In this document: piece after piece, positions 1 through 9,279 of the stretch
Layout of the letters: every line of letters begins with the position of its first letter
Position numbering within the stretch: the stretch's first letter is position 1
Assembly: GCA_046757525.1 (NCBI GenBank)
Contig: JBHHYI010000047.1
Span: 1-25,562 of the forward strand
Reading direction: 5' to 3'
Source of the DNA: a bacterium
Lineage (GTDB): Bacteria; Zhuqueibacterota; Zhuqueibacteria; Oceanimicrobiales; Oceanimicrobiaceae
Length of the DNA: 25,562 bases
Notes under the pieces: generated by a model
What the model saw: only the letters and a program-made list of their open reading frames with translations
Told to the model about the DNA's origin: nothing
The model's database searches: none
Position numbers and translations under genes: made by a program

Positions 1-1302
1 TACGAAGAACTGCAAGACCGGATTGTCTCCAGCGTTAGAGTAACCGATGATGAAGTAAAAAGAGAATTTCTTAAACAAAACCAAAAGGTCACAGTTAATT
101 ACATCTTCTATGACCTTCAAAAGTATGCCAACCCGAAGCAAGAAATCACCGAGGACAGCATTGAGAATTACTACAAATCCCATTCCGATGAGTTCCAGGA
201 AGAGGAAAAGCGAAAAATTCAATATGTGGTATTCCCAAAGACGGCCACGCCGCAAGACAGTGCGGCCAAATGGGAATTGGCGAGAAGCCTGGTTGAGCGG
301 GCGAAAGAAGGCGAAGACTTTGCCGATCTCGCCGAAATCTACTCCGAAGACCCCGGCTCAAGAGATAAGGGTGGTGAACTGGGATTTTTTAGCCGTGGCT
401 CCATGGTGAAGCCATTCGAAGAAGCGGCTTTTGCTGCCAAAGTGGGTGAGGTCGTTGGACCCGTGCAATCGAACTTTGGGTTGCATGTGATTAAAGTCGA
501 AGACAAAAAGATTGAGAAGGGCCAGGAGCAGGTTAAAGCCAGCCATATCCTGATCAAATTTGGCGCTTCCAGAAACACCATCGAAAGAGCCAGAGATGAT
601 GCAAATTACTTCATAGAGGACGCCAAGGAGAAATCTTTTGAGCAGTTAGCACAAGAGAACAAGCTGCAAATTGACACCACCAACTTTTTCCCGAAAGGCA
701 GCGGTTTTGTCCCTGGAATCGGTTTAAACAAGAAAGCCAGTAATTTCATTTTTAATAATGACGCTGGACGCATCGGCGACGTGGTAGAAACGCCGCAAGG
801 ATTTATCGTTTACAAGATTGCCGAAATCCAGAAACGCAGGACCAAGCCCCTGGAAACTGTGAAATCCATCATTCAGAATAAACTGCTGTTGCAAAAAAGG
901 CTGGCCTTGGCGGCAGAGAAGGCGCAACAGGCGTACGACCAAATCCAAAACGGCCTCAGCTTCCGGGAAGCTGCCCGCTTAGACAGCTTGAAGGTCACAA
1001 AAACCGAGCCGTTCTCGAGAACGGACTTCGTGCCAAATGTGGGTCGGGACGCAGGTTTTATTGGCGCCGCGTTTTCACTCAACAACCCCAACGACGTAAC
1101 CAAACCCGTCAAAGGCACTCGTGGCTACTATCTCATCCAATTGGTAGAGAAAACCGAAACCGATTCCACCGCCTTCGAAACCCAAAAAGCAAGCTTGGCC
1201 CAGCAATTACTGCAAAGAAAACGAACTCAGGTTTATGCCGCCTGGTATGAAGCTTTGAAGGCAAAAGCGGACATCAAAGACTATCGGGATCGATTTTTCT
1301 AA
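1..1302 (+). CDS. Parvulin-type peptidyl-prolyl isomerase / periplasmic chaperone (PpiD/SurA-like), 5'-truncated
   Basis: Frame is open from base 1 (YEELQDRIVSSVRVTDDEVKREF...) to TAA at 1300-1302. Rotamase signature FADLAEIYSEDPGSRDKGGELGFF...MVKPFEEAAF...GPVQSNFGLHVIKV, followed by degenerate parvulin-like repeats as in PpiD. Confidence 0.9.
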   Translation, partial: YEELQDRIVSSVRVTDDEVKREFLKQNQKVTVNYIFYDLQKYANPKQEITEDSIENYYKSHSDEFQEEEKRKIQYVVFPKTATPQDSAAKWELARSLVERAKEGEDFADLAEIYSEDPGSRDKGGELGFFSRGSMVKPFEEAAFAAKVGEVVGPVQSNFGLHVIKVEDKKIEKGQEQVKASHILIKFGASRNTIERARDDANYFIEDAKEKSFEQLAQENKLQIDTTNFFPKGSGFVPGIGLNKKASNFIFNNDAGRIGDVVETPQGFIVYKIAEIQKRRTKPLETVKSIIQNKLLLQKRLALAAEKAQQAYDQIQNGLSFREAARLDSLKVTKTEPFSRTDFVPNVGRDAGFIGAAFSLNNPNDVTKPVKGTRGYYLIQLVEKTETDSTAFETQKASLAQQLLQRKRTQVYAAWYEALKAKADIKDYRDRFF

Positions 1303-1310
1303 AAGGAGAG

Positions 1311-2783
1311 CTACAAAGGCAGGTCTTTCTTGTCAACGGCACAAAGCGCTCTGACTACCTCCGGATTGAATTGCGTGCCTGCATTTTCCTGCAAAATCCC
1401 TAACGCCGCCTCATAGTTTCTGCGCTTGCGGTACAGCCGGTCCGTCACGATGGTGTCAAAGGCATCGGCGGCGGCAATAATCGCTCCGGCCAAAGGAATT
1501 TCATCGGTCTTGAGACCACGCGGGTAGCCGCAACCGTTGTGCCATTCGTGGTGACTGTACACCGCCTCTACCACCGGAGACAACCTCTTGATGTGTTTCA
1601 AGATATCAAATCCCTTCTCGGGATGTGTTTTGATGATCTCGTATTCTTCCGGTGTCAATCTTCCCGCCTTGAGAAGAATGGAATCTCTTATCCCGATCTT
1701 ACCGATGTCATGAAGATTGCCGGCTAACTCCAATTCGTCTAACTCATTCTCTGACAGACCTAATTGCTTGCCGATGGCCAGGGCAATTTGCGCCACCCGT
1801 TTGGAATGACCGTGGGTATAGGGGTCCCGCGCATCCAGAGTTTTGGCCAGCGATTTCATGGTTTCCAAAAACAAGATTTCCAGTTCCAAAACCAGATCCG
1901 CATTTCTCAAAGCGCCGGATGCCTGGGAGGCTAAAATCAAGGCGCTGTCCAAATCAGCCTCTGTAAACCTACTCTCACTCTTGTACAAACACAGAACATC
2001 CGTCACCTCTCCGTTGCTTTTGAGCGGAACGCCGATGGCATGACTGCACCAGTTCTCTTCCCCGATAGACCTGAAATCGGTCCAACCATGCACCCAATTG
2101 TCGACTGTGAGCGCGTCTTTCCTCTTGAAGACTTGGCCAGGCAATCCGTGGCTTGTGTCAAAATGGGTGATCTTGTCAGACAGCACGTCCAAATTGAGGT
2201 CGTAACGCAAATACACTTGCTTCGTTTCCGGGTCCAGTTGAAAAATGCCCGCCCTTTGCGCCCGAGTCTCTTTCACCGAAGATTTGAGCAGCAAAGTGTA
2301 AATCTTGGACGGATCGTGCAGAGAGCTAATCTCTTCACTGACCTCGAACAAGTTAACCAGTGTCTGCAGTCGAATGTTTTCGCTTAGTAGCTTCTTGCGT
2401 TCGAGGCCATTTCTCACAGCTAATTTTAGCTCATCTATATTGAACGGTTTTCGCACAAAATAGCTCGCTCCTTCTTTGACGGCTTCCACCGCCGTTTCTA
2501 AAGTTGCATAGCCAGTCATGATAACCACGGGTAGGTCCGGCGAAACGCATTTTAATTTCTTAACCAGTTCCAATCCGTTAATGTCCGGCATGACTATGTC
2601 GGTCACGACAAGGTTGAAAGAATCTTGTGAAACTTGCTGGAAGGCGTGTTGTGGATTTGTGGTAGTGGTCACGCGGTAACCACAGTTGCTCAGAATATCA
2701 AAGCACAGTTTGCAAATATACGTTTCATCATCAACAACTAAAACCCGCTCGCCCGATTCCTCAATGAATTCCCTTTTCAACAT
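1311..2783 (-). CDS. Response regulator with REC, GAF and HD-GYP domains (cyclic di-nucleotide phosphodiesterase)
   Basis: N-terminal REC (VLVVDDE, TDIVMPDING, KPF), central GAF-like segment, and HD-GYP motifs RDPYTHGHSKRV, LHDIGKIGI, HHEWHNGCGYP, ADAFD. Overlaps the upstream kinase gene by 23 bp. Confidence 0.92.
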   Translation of the reverse strand: MLKREFIEESGERVLVVDDETYICKLCFDILSNCGYRVTTTTNPQHAFQQVSQDSFNLVVTDIVMPDINGLELVKKLKCVSPDLPVVIMTGYATLETAVEAVKEGASYFVRKPFNIDELKLAVRNGLERKKLLSENIRLQTLVNLFEVSEEISSLHDPSKIYTLLLKSSVKETRAQRAGIFQLDPETKQVYLRYDLNLDVLSDKITHFDTSHGLPGQVFKRKDALTVDNWVHGWTDFRSIGEENWCSHAIGVPLKSNGEVTDVLCLYKSESRFTEADLDSALILASQASGALRNADLVLELEILFLETMKSLAKTLDARDPYTHGHSKRVAQIALAIGKQLGLSENELDELELAGNLHDIGKIGIRDSILLKAGRLTPEEYEIIKTHPEKGFDILKHIKRLSPVVEAVYSHHEWHNGCGYPRGLKTDEIPLAGAIIAAADAFDTIVTDRLYRKRRNYEAALGILQENAGTQFNPEVVRALCAVDKKDLPL

Positions 2784-3960
2784 GCTTTTCTAATGGTAAG
2801 TAAACAAGAAACTCTGCGCCTTTGTCTTTTTCGCTCTTAACTTTCACACCGCCCCCATGAGCAACGGCAACCGCACGAACCGAGGGCAACCCCAGTCCGA
2901 TACCACCGCCCATGAAGCCAAGTTTACTTGTGCTGTGATATTTGCTATTCTGGACCTCGTAGAATTTTTCGAAGATATTTCCGTGTTCCTTAGAATCAAT
3001 CCCAATGCCATTATCTCTGACACTGATGATTCCGTAGTCCCCTTCTGTTTTGGTCGACAATTCAATACGTCCGCCGTCGGGAGTAAATTTAATGGCATTT
3101 TGTAGCAGTTCACCCACCACACCCTTAATCTGATTGCGATCAGCGATAACGGTCAGGCAGGCATCCGTCGTTAGCACCCTTAGTTCCTGATCGCGTTGCT
3201 TCGCAAATAGCTGATAATCCCGGACGAGCTGCTCAATCAATTCGTTGAGTTCAACGCGCTCGAATTGAAGATTCAGTTGGCCATTTTCCATCTGACCAAG
3301 ATTGTGCATGTCTCTGACAATCCCTTCCAAATCCCTTACGGCGTCCAAAATGATTCGCATGCATTGCTGTTTCTCTTCTTTGGTGAGGTGTTTGTAAATC
3401 CCGTCATTCATGATGCCGATGTAGCCTTTCAGGTGGCTAACCGGAGTGCGGAGCTCATGGCTGGTTATGGCAATGAATTTGTTTTTCATGTCCTGAATAT
3501 CGAGCAGCTTTTGATAGGCCAGACGCAATTCTTTGTTTTCCTGGCCCAACTGGATCTTTTCAAAACATTTTTCCGTCACGATGCGGATTTGAACCGGCTT
3601 GACCGGTTTCAATATGAAATCGTAGGCACCGTTTTTCATTGCGTTGATGGCGGTTTCGATGGTAGCATAACCGGTCATAATGACGACTTCTACAAAAGGA
3701 TAATCCCGTTTAACGGTTTCAAGCAGTTCCAGGCCATCCATAATGGGCATTTTCAAGTCAGAAAACACCAGATCAACGCCACCTTTCTGGAGGTAATTAA
3801 GAGCCTGAATGCCATTTTCAGCCTCCAGGACGTTGCAACCGATTTTGCTTAAGCTTTTTGAACAAACATTTCTGACGATTTGCTCATCGTCAACTACCAA
3901 AACTCTCTTTGTTCTTTTCTGCATGGTTAATTCATCAACATTGAGCTTTATCGGGCGCAT
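2761..3960 (-). CDS. Cytoplasmic hybrid response regulator / histidine kinase (REC-HisKA-HATPase_c)
   Basis: REC (VLVVDDE, SDLKMP, KPV), H-box SHELRTP, N-box ELLQNAIKFT, G1 DNGIGI, F-box IFEKFY, G2 GGGIGLGL. No TM or sensor domain. Confidence 0.92.
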   Translation of the reverse strand: MRPIKLNVDELTMQKRTKRVLVVDDEQIVRNVCSKSLSKIGCNVLEAENGIQALNYLQKGGVDLVFSDLKMPIMDGLELLETVKRDYPFVEVVIMTGYATIETAINAMKNGAYDFILKPVKPVQIRIVTEKCFEKIQLGQENKELRLAYQKLLDIQDMKNKFIAITSHELRTPVSHLKGYIGIMNDGIYKHLTKEEKQQCMRIILDAVRDLEGIVRDMHNLGQMENGQLNLQFERVELNELIEQLVRDYQLFAKQRDQELRVLTTDACLTVIADRNQIKGVVGELLQNAIKFTPDGGRIELSTKTEGDYGIISVRDNGIGIDSKEHGNIFEKFYEVQNSKYHSTSKLGFMGGGIGLGLPSVRAVAVAHGGGVKVKSEKDKGAEFLVYLPLEKHVEKGIH

Positions 3961-3967
3961 ATCCGGT

Positions 3968-4216
3968 TTACAACTCGCTGCCGGAGCGGATGATTTGCTG
4001 TAACCTTTGAACCAGCTCTTCCAGTCTGATTGCTTGCTTTTTTATTTCCCCCACTTCCTCATACAACGGGTCATCCTGGTTCAGGTCCTCCTGAATCAAC
4101 ATACAATACCCGGTGATGCCTGTTAGCGGTTGGTTCATTTCATGGCTAATTGAAGCGGCCGACTCCAGAATAGATTGTAGCTGATCGCGTCGAGGCAGCT
4201 CTTTTTTATCTTTCAT
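3968..4216 (-). CDS. Small stand-alone HisKA (DHp) phospho-acceptor domain protein, 82 aa
   Basis: H-box AASISHEMNQPLTGITGYCML followed by a second amphipathic helix; no ATPase domain. Ends 7 bp before the REC-kinase start, in the same orientation. Confidence 0.8.
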   Translation of the reverse strand: MKDKKELPRRDQLQSILESAASISHEMNQPLTGITGYCMLIQEDLNQDDPLYEEVGEIKKQAIRLEELVQRLQQIIRSGSEL

Positions 4217-4399
4217 GACAGGTAGCTTCTTACAATAAACTGCAAACCATGTTGGAATTCAAATAGGCGTTAGACAACGTCGATTTATGGGGAAGAATTT
4301 GAACTACATGCTGCAGGAAAGATTTTTCCTGTCTGAAGTTCATGTTTTGACTTTGTTAAATCTCAGTGGAGTAATGATCAATTTTTTGCTTACTTGAGT

Positions 4400-4426
4400 T
4401 TATCGGCAAGAATTCCGCAGACTAAA
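4400..4426 (-). promoter_or_regulatory. Putative sigma28 (FliA-type) promoter
   Basis: Minus strand reads TTTA(GTCT)-N15-GCCGATAA: a perfect sigma28 -10 element at canonical spacing from an imperfect -35 (consensus TAAA-N15-GCCGATAA). Confidence 0.5.
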
Positions 4427-4498
4427 ACCTTCATTGGCAATTCAAGACCGCAAACGTTTCCTGATAAATACCAGTTGCCGCAGGGAAATATAAAGTTA

Positions 4499-4526
4499 AG
4501 TATAACCAAAATTCAGACAAAGTCAA
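4499..4526 (-). promoter_or_regulatory. Putative sigma70-type promoter for the DHp / kinase / HD-GYP operon
   Basis: Minus strand TTGACT-N16-TATACT in an AT-rich intergenic region. Confidence 0.5.
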
Positions 4527-4612
4527 GCTATTTTTTATGTTATTCGCAAAAATATTAGTATATCATGATTATTATGCGAACTTTTGCTGGTTGGATCGTC
4601 CCGGCGGTCGCG

Positions 4613-5329
4613 TCAAAGCGTCATGCTCCTGTATTCATCGTACAGTTTCAAAACCAGCGGGATGGCATTGCTGGTTTCCGTCCAGAGAATGCCTTCTGCT
4701 TTGTCGTTGGCAACCCACAAAGCAGCCCGCTTTTCGCCGCCTTCATAGGCAGCCAAACCACCCTCCAAATCGTAGGTTTCGATTAGGGCAGAAAGGTAAC
4801 GAGTCCCGATTCTAATATTGTAGATGGGATTGAACAAGACTTCTTCCGGCGTGGTCCAGGTGATGTCCTCGTAGTTTGCAATCCACATGCCCGTGGTTGG
4901 CATGACCTGCATCAATCCCATGGCACCGGCATTGGACACCACAGCCGGGTCCCAGGAACGCCCACTTTCGTGTGTGATTGTAGCACAAATCAGATCCACG
5001 TCGAGATTGGTGTATTTTAAGCTCATTTTGTAAATCTCATCGGCGATTTCATACTTCTTGCTTGAAGGCAGATCGTGATTATACTGCCCAATTATTTTCA
5101 TGATCTTCTGAATGGTGAATTGGCGAACACTGTCGACATTCATGGCCGCGCGAATATCCTGCAACGATTTCCTGAACTCATCGATTCTCCTGGAATCCGC
5201 CGGCGGAACGGCTGCAAAATACGTGATCGAATAAATGCCAACAATAATCACAGCAGCAATTAGGGCCACGACCACGATAGATCCAGATCGTTTTAACCAG
5301 GTCTCCCCCTTTGCAATATCTTTAGTCAT
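4613..5329 (-). CDS. Membrane-anchored lytic transglycosylase (SLT domain)
   Basis: N-terminal TM (IVVVALIAAVIIVGIYSITYF); motifs ITHESG (catalytic Glu), AVVSNAGAMGLMQVMP, LFNPIYNIRIGTRYL, LAAYEGG. Start set at ATG 5329, which has GGAGG 5 nt upstream (alternative ATG 5341). Confidence 0.88.
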   Translation of the reverse strand: MTKDIAKGETWLKRSGSIVVVALIAAVIIVGIYSITYFAAVPPADSRRIDEFRKSLQDIRAAMNVDSVRQFTIQKIMKIIGQYNHDLPSSKKYEIADEIYKMSLKYTNLDVDLICATITHESGRSWDPAVVSNAGAMGLMQVMPTTGMWIANYEDITWTTPEEVLFNPIYNIRIGTRYLSALIETYDLEGGLAAYEGGEKRAALWVANDKAEGILWTETSNAIPLVLKLYDEYRSMTL

Positions 5330-5360
5330 TGCTCCCTCCATTCAAACAAGATGACCCTAA

Positions 5361-5420
5361 AATAAAAAACCGAGTCTGTAATCGAAATCAAGCCATCCCG
5401 AAGCACATGTACTCGGTTTT
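5361..5420 (-). terminator. Possible intrinsic terminator / attenuator between the bEBP gene and the transglycosylase gene
   Basis: Perfect 10-bp inverted repeat AAAACCGAGT (5366-5375) / ACTCGGTTTT (5411-5420), running into a U-rich tract on the minus strand. The 35-nt loop is atypically long. Confidence 0.35.
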
Positions 5421-5468
5421 CAGTAACCGTTTAGTTTAGTAGATCAGCAAGAGACCGCTGCAGTCCTA

Positions 5469-6824
5469 TTAATTTGGAACAGACATGTATTTCAATTTGC
5501 GCCAAAGAGTGGACTTGGAAATGCCCAATTTTTCTGCTGTCTTTTTCTTGTTACCATTCATCCTGTTGAGCGTATCCAGAATCACTTCGTTTTCTAAATC
5601 GGCCAACTTCCGCTCACTGGTCGGTAAGTACAGGCTGACATGCGTTTTCTGAATTTTTTTCGGCAAGAGTTCCGGAACAATTTCGTCGCTGTTCGCCAGG
5701 GCAACGGTGCTTTCAATCACATTGGCCAGTTCCCTGATATTTCCCGGCCAATCATAATTCAACAGCATGGCCAGTGCCTTCTTGGAAATTCTCAACCTCG
5801 CACCAGCGTGGTTGCTAAAAGTCTCGAGAAAGTGGTCAATCAAAATCGGTATGTCACCCTTGCGATGTCGCAGAGGTGGCACCGTAATCGGAATAACGTT
5901 CAACCGGTAATACAAATCTTCTCTGAATTTGCCTTTATCGATTTCCTGTTCCAGGTTTTTATTGGTGGCGGAGATCAACCGTACGTCTACTTTTCTGTTC
6001 GCATTTTCTCCTACTCTGCGCAGTTCGTTATATTGTAGGAACCGCAGGAGCTTCACCTGCGTTGACAGCGAAGTGTCGCCGATTTCGTCCAAAAAAACCG
6101 TGCCACCATCGCCTTCTTCAAACAGACCCTTCTTGGCGCTCTCCGCACCTGTGTAAGCCCCTTTGGCATGACCAAAAAGCTCGCTCTCTTGCAGATTCTC
6201 AGGAATGGCGCCGCTGTGAATGGCTACGAATGGGCCATGCTTTCTGCTGCTTAGCGCATGAATGGCCTGCGCTAAGAGCTCCTTGCCAGTGCCGCTTTCG
6301 CCGAGTAAAAGCACTGTGCTGTGGGTTGCCGCCACGCGTTTCACCTTGGCTAAGATGTTCAGGAGCTCTTCAGACTCACCAACGATGGCGTCGAATTCCG
6401 GGTACTTTCTGATTTCGTGCTTCAGAGCGACACGAGCTCTGCGATTGCTGCGTGTCTGGGCAAATTTGCCCAGCAATTGCAATAATTCTTCTACTGGAAA
6501 CGGTTTGGTGATGTACTCGCAGGCACCCGACTTGATGGCCTCAACACCTTTCTGGATGGTGCCGAACGCCGTCATCATGATCACTTCAGTGGCTGGCCAT
6601 GTCTCTTTAATCTGACGCAAAAGAGTCATCCCGTCGATGGGGGACATCTTGTAATCGGTCAGCACCAAATCAAAATAGTTCCGTTGTAAACTGTCCAATG
6701 CTTTCCGCCCATTTTCTACGGCCTCCACCTGGAAACCCGATTTTTTTAACAACATGCTTAAAGAATTGCGGACATTATCTCTATCCTCAACGAGCAAGAT
6801 CGACAAGTCTGCCATTTTCCCCAT
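5469..6824 (-). CDS. Sigma54-dependent transcriptional activator, NtrC/AtoC family (REC-AAA+-Fis HTH)
   Basis: REC (TDYKMSPIDG), Walker A GESGTGKE, ESELFGHAKGAYTGA, Walker B FLDEIG, FREDLYYRLNV, WPGNIREL, C-terminal HTH NKKKTAEKLGISKSTLWRKL. ATG 6824 has an AAGGGGA RBS. Confidence 0.95.
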   Translation of the reverse strand: MGKMADLSILLVEDRDNVRNSLSMLLKKSGFQVEAVENGRKALDSLQRNYFDLVLTDYKMSPIDGMTLLRQIKETWPATEVIMMTAFGTIQKGVEAIKSGACEYITKPFPVEELLQLLGKFAQTRSNRRARVALKHEIRKYPEFDAIVGESEELLNILAKVKRVAATHSTVLLLGESGTGKELLAQAIHALSSRKHGPFVAIHSGAIPENLQESELFGHAKGAYTGAESAKKGLFEEGDGGTVFLDEIGDTSLSTQVKLLRFLQYNELRRVGENANRKVDVRLISATNKNLEQEIDKGKFREDLYYRLNVIPITVPPLRHRKGDIPILIDHFLETFSNHAGARLRISKKALAMLLNYDWPGNIRELANVIESTVALANSDEIVPELLPKKIQKTHVSLYLPTSERKLADLENEVILDTLNRMNGNKKKTAEKLGISKSTLWRKLKYMSVPN

Positions 6825-6928
6825 TAAAGTTCCCCTTGACAATTTTGATATCTATTCGTAAAAGAAACAATTAGTCAAAACTTACCAAATTCCCGCGAGT
6901 AAAGCAAGACCAAAATAATCCCAACAGG

Positions 6929-7534
6929 TTAAATGGATGCCTTGAGATGCTGCTCTACTCCCTGAATTCCCGATTGCACCACTTTTCTTAGGCTGGTGCT
7001 GATCGCTCTAACAATCTCCAACGGATCCTTTTGGGCGGCTTTGGTTTTCTGCGTATATTCTTGCTCCCACACGATGGAATGGGTGCTCGCGCTTTTGAGC
7101 TGCAAGTCTAAAGTCACGATGCCGTACCAGGCAACCGCTTCATCCCATTCCTCAAAGGCCCTGATTCTTCCACTCAAGACATAATCCACTTTGAACGAAG
7201 AAGGCGTGCGAACCACTCTCTGGAAAAGACCAGAAGCCTGGAATTGTTTCAAGATTTTTTCCGTGACGATTCTTCTCGGAGGTGCGATCCAGCGACGATA
7301 ATTGTAGAACTGAACTTCATAGGGCGAGTTGCGGTAGACGAGGCGGTCTCCCTGGTAGAGTACGTCCGCATCGAATTGGGTCACGCCCAGAGTGACCGGG
7401 AGAGCGGCATCTCCCACCTTAGAGTTTTGTACCTCATAATCGATGCGATAGTAGAAGGTTTGAGGAACCCCGCCGCATGCCGCAAAAAGCAAAGCGGCCA
7501 CCGACAGGCAAGTATTCAAAACATTTTTTTTCAT
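6929..7534 (-). CDS. ABC-type transport auxiliary lipoprotein (PqiC-like)
   Basis: Lipoprotein signal MKKNVLNTCLSVAALLFAA-C; Y...RW..PP motif and DYVLSGRIRAFE typical of PqiC / ABC_trans_aux proteins; directly downstream of mlaD. ATG 7534 has an AAGGA RBS. Confidence 0.8.
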   Translation of the reverse strand: MKKNVLNTCLSVAALLFAACGGVPQTFYYRIDYEVQNSKVGDAALPVTLGVTQFDADVLYQGDRLVYRNSPYEVQFYNYRRWIAPPRRIVTEKILKQFQASGLFQRVVRTPSSFKVDYVLSGRIRAFEEWDEAVAWYGIVTLDLQLKSASTHSIVWEQEYTQKTKAAQKDPLEIVRAISTSLRKVVQSGIQGVEQHLKASI

Positions 7535-7570
7535 AGAGGTTTCCTTAATGTCAAGATCGATTTCCAACGG

Positions 7571-8467
7571 CTAAGGCAACTTCCTTTTTGGTGGGGCATC
7601 CTTTCTTATAAGCATCCACGGCCGTTCTTTCACGATGCGTGTGAACTCCGCCAGGTTTTGAGAAGCAAATTGAAAATTCTCCATCATTTCCAGAAAACTC
7701 ATGCTGTTAGCGCTGACCATCGACTGAAGATCGTTCAAAGTCGTATGGAGCTCCGAGATTATTTCGGTGGTTTCTTTGGCCGTTTTTTGCAGGTTTACCA
7801 GCGTTTCGTCGAAATTATCTTTGTTGTTTTCCATTATTGTATCGACCTCTTTGCTCAAATCCAGCAACTGTGCGCTAAGTTCTTCTAAATTTGAGACCAC
7901 GTTCAGGAAGTGAGCTTGCCCCTCACCAATCAATTGGTCCATATTCGCCATCATGGACGCCAGGTGGGCCTGATTGTCTTCATTGAACAATTCGGTGACG
8001 CGGTCCAACAAGACTTGCAATTGTGCATTTAAATCTCCCAGCGGTTCGGCCATTTGCGAAAGGCTCAACACCTCCTTGCTCTCAAGAATTTCCCCGGAGG
8101 GGAGAAGCTCAGCCCGGGGCGAACCGGTCGAAATCTCGACGTGAGGGTCAGCCATGATTCCAATGGAGGTGATAAAGGCCTTGGAGTCGACTTTGACCGG
8201 CGTTTTTACGTCGATTTTTAACCTGACCCCGATTCTATTGGTTCCATTGTTGGGGAAAGCGATGTCCACTACGGTTCCTACGTCCATACCGCCGTATTTT
8301 ACTAAAGAGCCTTTTTTGATGCCCCCAACATATCCTAAATAGGTCTGATATTCCTTGGTTTCGCCGCCAATTCTGGATCCAAAAATGACAAATAGGAACA
8401 AGAGCAGCGTGGCCAGGCTAATTAGGATCATCAAACCAGCTTTTATTTCATTTGCCTTAAACTCCAT
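7571..8467 (-). CDS. mlaD: MCE-domain protein (MlaD family) with long C-terminal helical extension
   Basis: Single N-terminal TM; MCE signature VGGIKKGSLVKYGGMDVGTV...ITSIGIMADPHVEI; helical tail ending in a PWMLI motif. Confidence 0.88.
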   Translation of the reverse strand: MEFKANEIKAGLMILISLATLLLFLFVIFGSRIGGETKEYQTYLGYVGGIKKGSLVKYGGMDVGTVVDIAFPNNGTNRIGVRLKIDVKTPVKVDSKAFITSIGIMADPHVEISTGSPRAELLPSGEILESKEVLSLSQMAEPLGDLNAQLQVLLDRVTELFNEDNQAHLASMMANMDQLIGEGQAHFLNVVSNLEELSAQLLDLSKEVDTIMENNKDNFDETLVNLQKTAKETTEIISELHTTLNDLQSMVSANSMSFLEMMENFQFASQNLAEFTRIVKERPWMLIRKDAPPKRKLP

Positions 8468-8484
8468 GGATTCTCCTTGCTGAA

Positions 8485-9276
8485 TTAAGAAGCACTGGTG
8501 ATAGAGGCTAAATATCGTTCGCGGTCGATCTCTTCGCGGTCCGGCTGACGGCTTAGGAACTGCTGCACCACGGGATCCGGATTGTTCTGGAGCTCCTCGC
8601 GCGTCCCAATCGCGATGATCTTCCCGTCATGCATCATGGCGATTCTGTCTGCAATGATAAAAACCGAGGCCATCTCGTGGGTAACCACAACGATGGTCAT
8701 TCGGAATGCTTTCTTCAGCTTCAGAATCAGATCGTCAATGCCGGCGGCTACTACCGGGTCCAAACCGGCAGAAGGTTCGTCGCAGAACAAAATCTCCGGG
8801 TCCATGGCGATCGCGCGGGCTAAACCGGCTCTCTTCTTCATGCCACCGGAAAGCTGAGCCGGTTTGAAGTTGCTGAAGCCCGAGAGCCCCACCAACTCCA
8901 ACTTGATCTTAGTCATGATTTGGATCGTGCTTTCTTCTAATTTCGTGTGTTCTCTCAAAGGCAACGCGACATTATCGCCCACGGTCATGGAATTGAACAG
9001 GGCAGCGGACTGAAACAACATGCCGGTCTTCTTCAAAATCTCCACTTTTTCATCTTCATCCATCCGGGTAATGTCCTTGCCTTTGATTAGAATCTCACCT
9101 TCTGTTGGCGTGGCCAGACCGATCACATGGCGCAACAAGGTACTCTTGCCACAGCCGGACCTCCCCAGAATCGCCAGGGATTCCCCCTTGTAAACGTCTA
9201 AATCGATCCCGTTCAATATTTTCCGGGACCCAAAAAAAGTAACCAGGTTTCGCACCCGGATAATCGGTTCAGCCAT
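8485..9276 (-). CDS. mlaF: ABC transporter ATP-binding subunit, MlaF/Mkl family
   Basis: Walker A GRSGCGKS, Q-loop MLFQSAALFNSMTV, signature LSGGMKKRAGLARA, CDEPSAGLDP, VVTH. Confidence 0.93.
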   Translation of the reverse strand: MAEPIIRVRNLVTFFGSRKILNGIDLDVYKGESLAILGRSGCGKSTLLRHVIGLATPTEGEILIKGKDITRMDEDEKVEILKKTGMLFQSAALFNSMTVGDNVALPLREHTKLEESTIQIMTKIKLELVGLSGFSNFKPAQLSGGMKKRAGLARAIAMDPEILFCDEPSAGLDPVVAAGIDDLILKLKKAFRMTIVVVTHEMASVFIIADRIAMMHDGKIIAIGTREELQNNPDPVVQQFLSRQPDREEIDRERYLASITSAS

Positions 9277-9279
9277 TGG

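Noticed and set aside
4230..4343. 37-codon minus-strand ORF upstream of the DHp gene, considered as a lost sensor fragment or leader peptide
   Set aside because: Out of frame with the DHp gene, no RBS, no resemblance to sensor domains.
7244..7888. 214-aa plus-strand ORF (and other long antisense ORFs such as 3265-3852 and 14951-15607)
   Set aside because: Antisense to confidently assigned genes, with no domain signatures.
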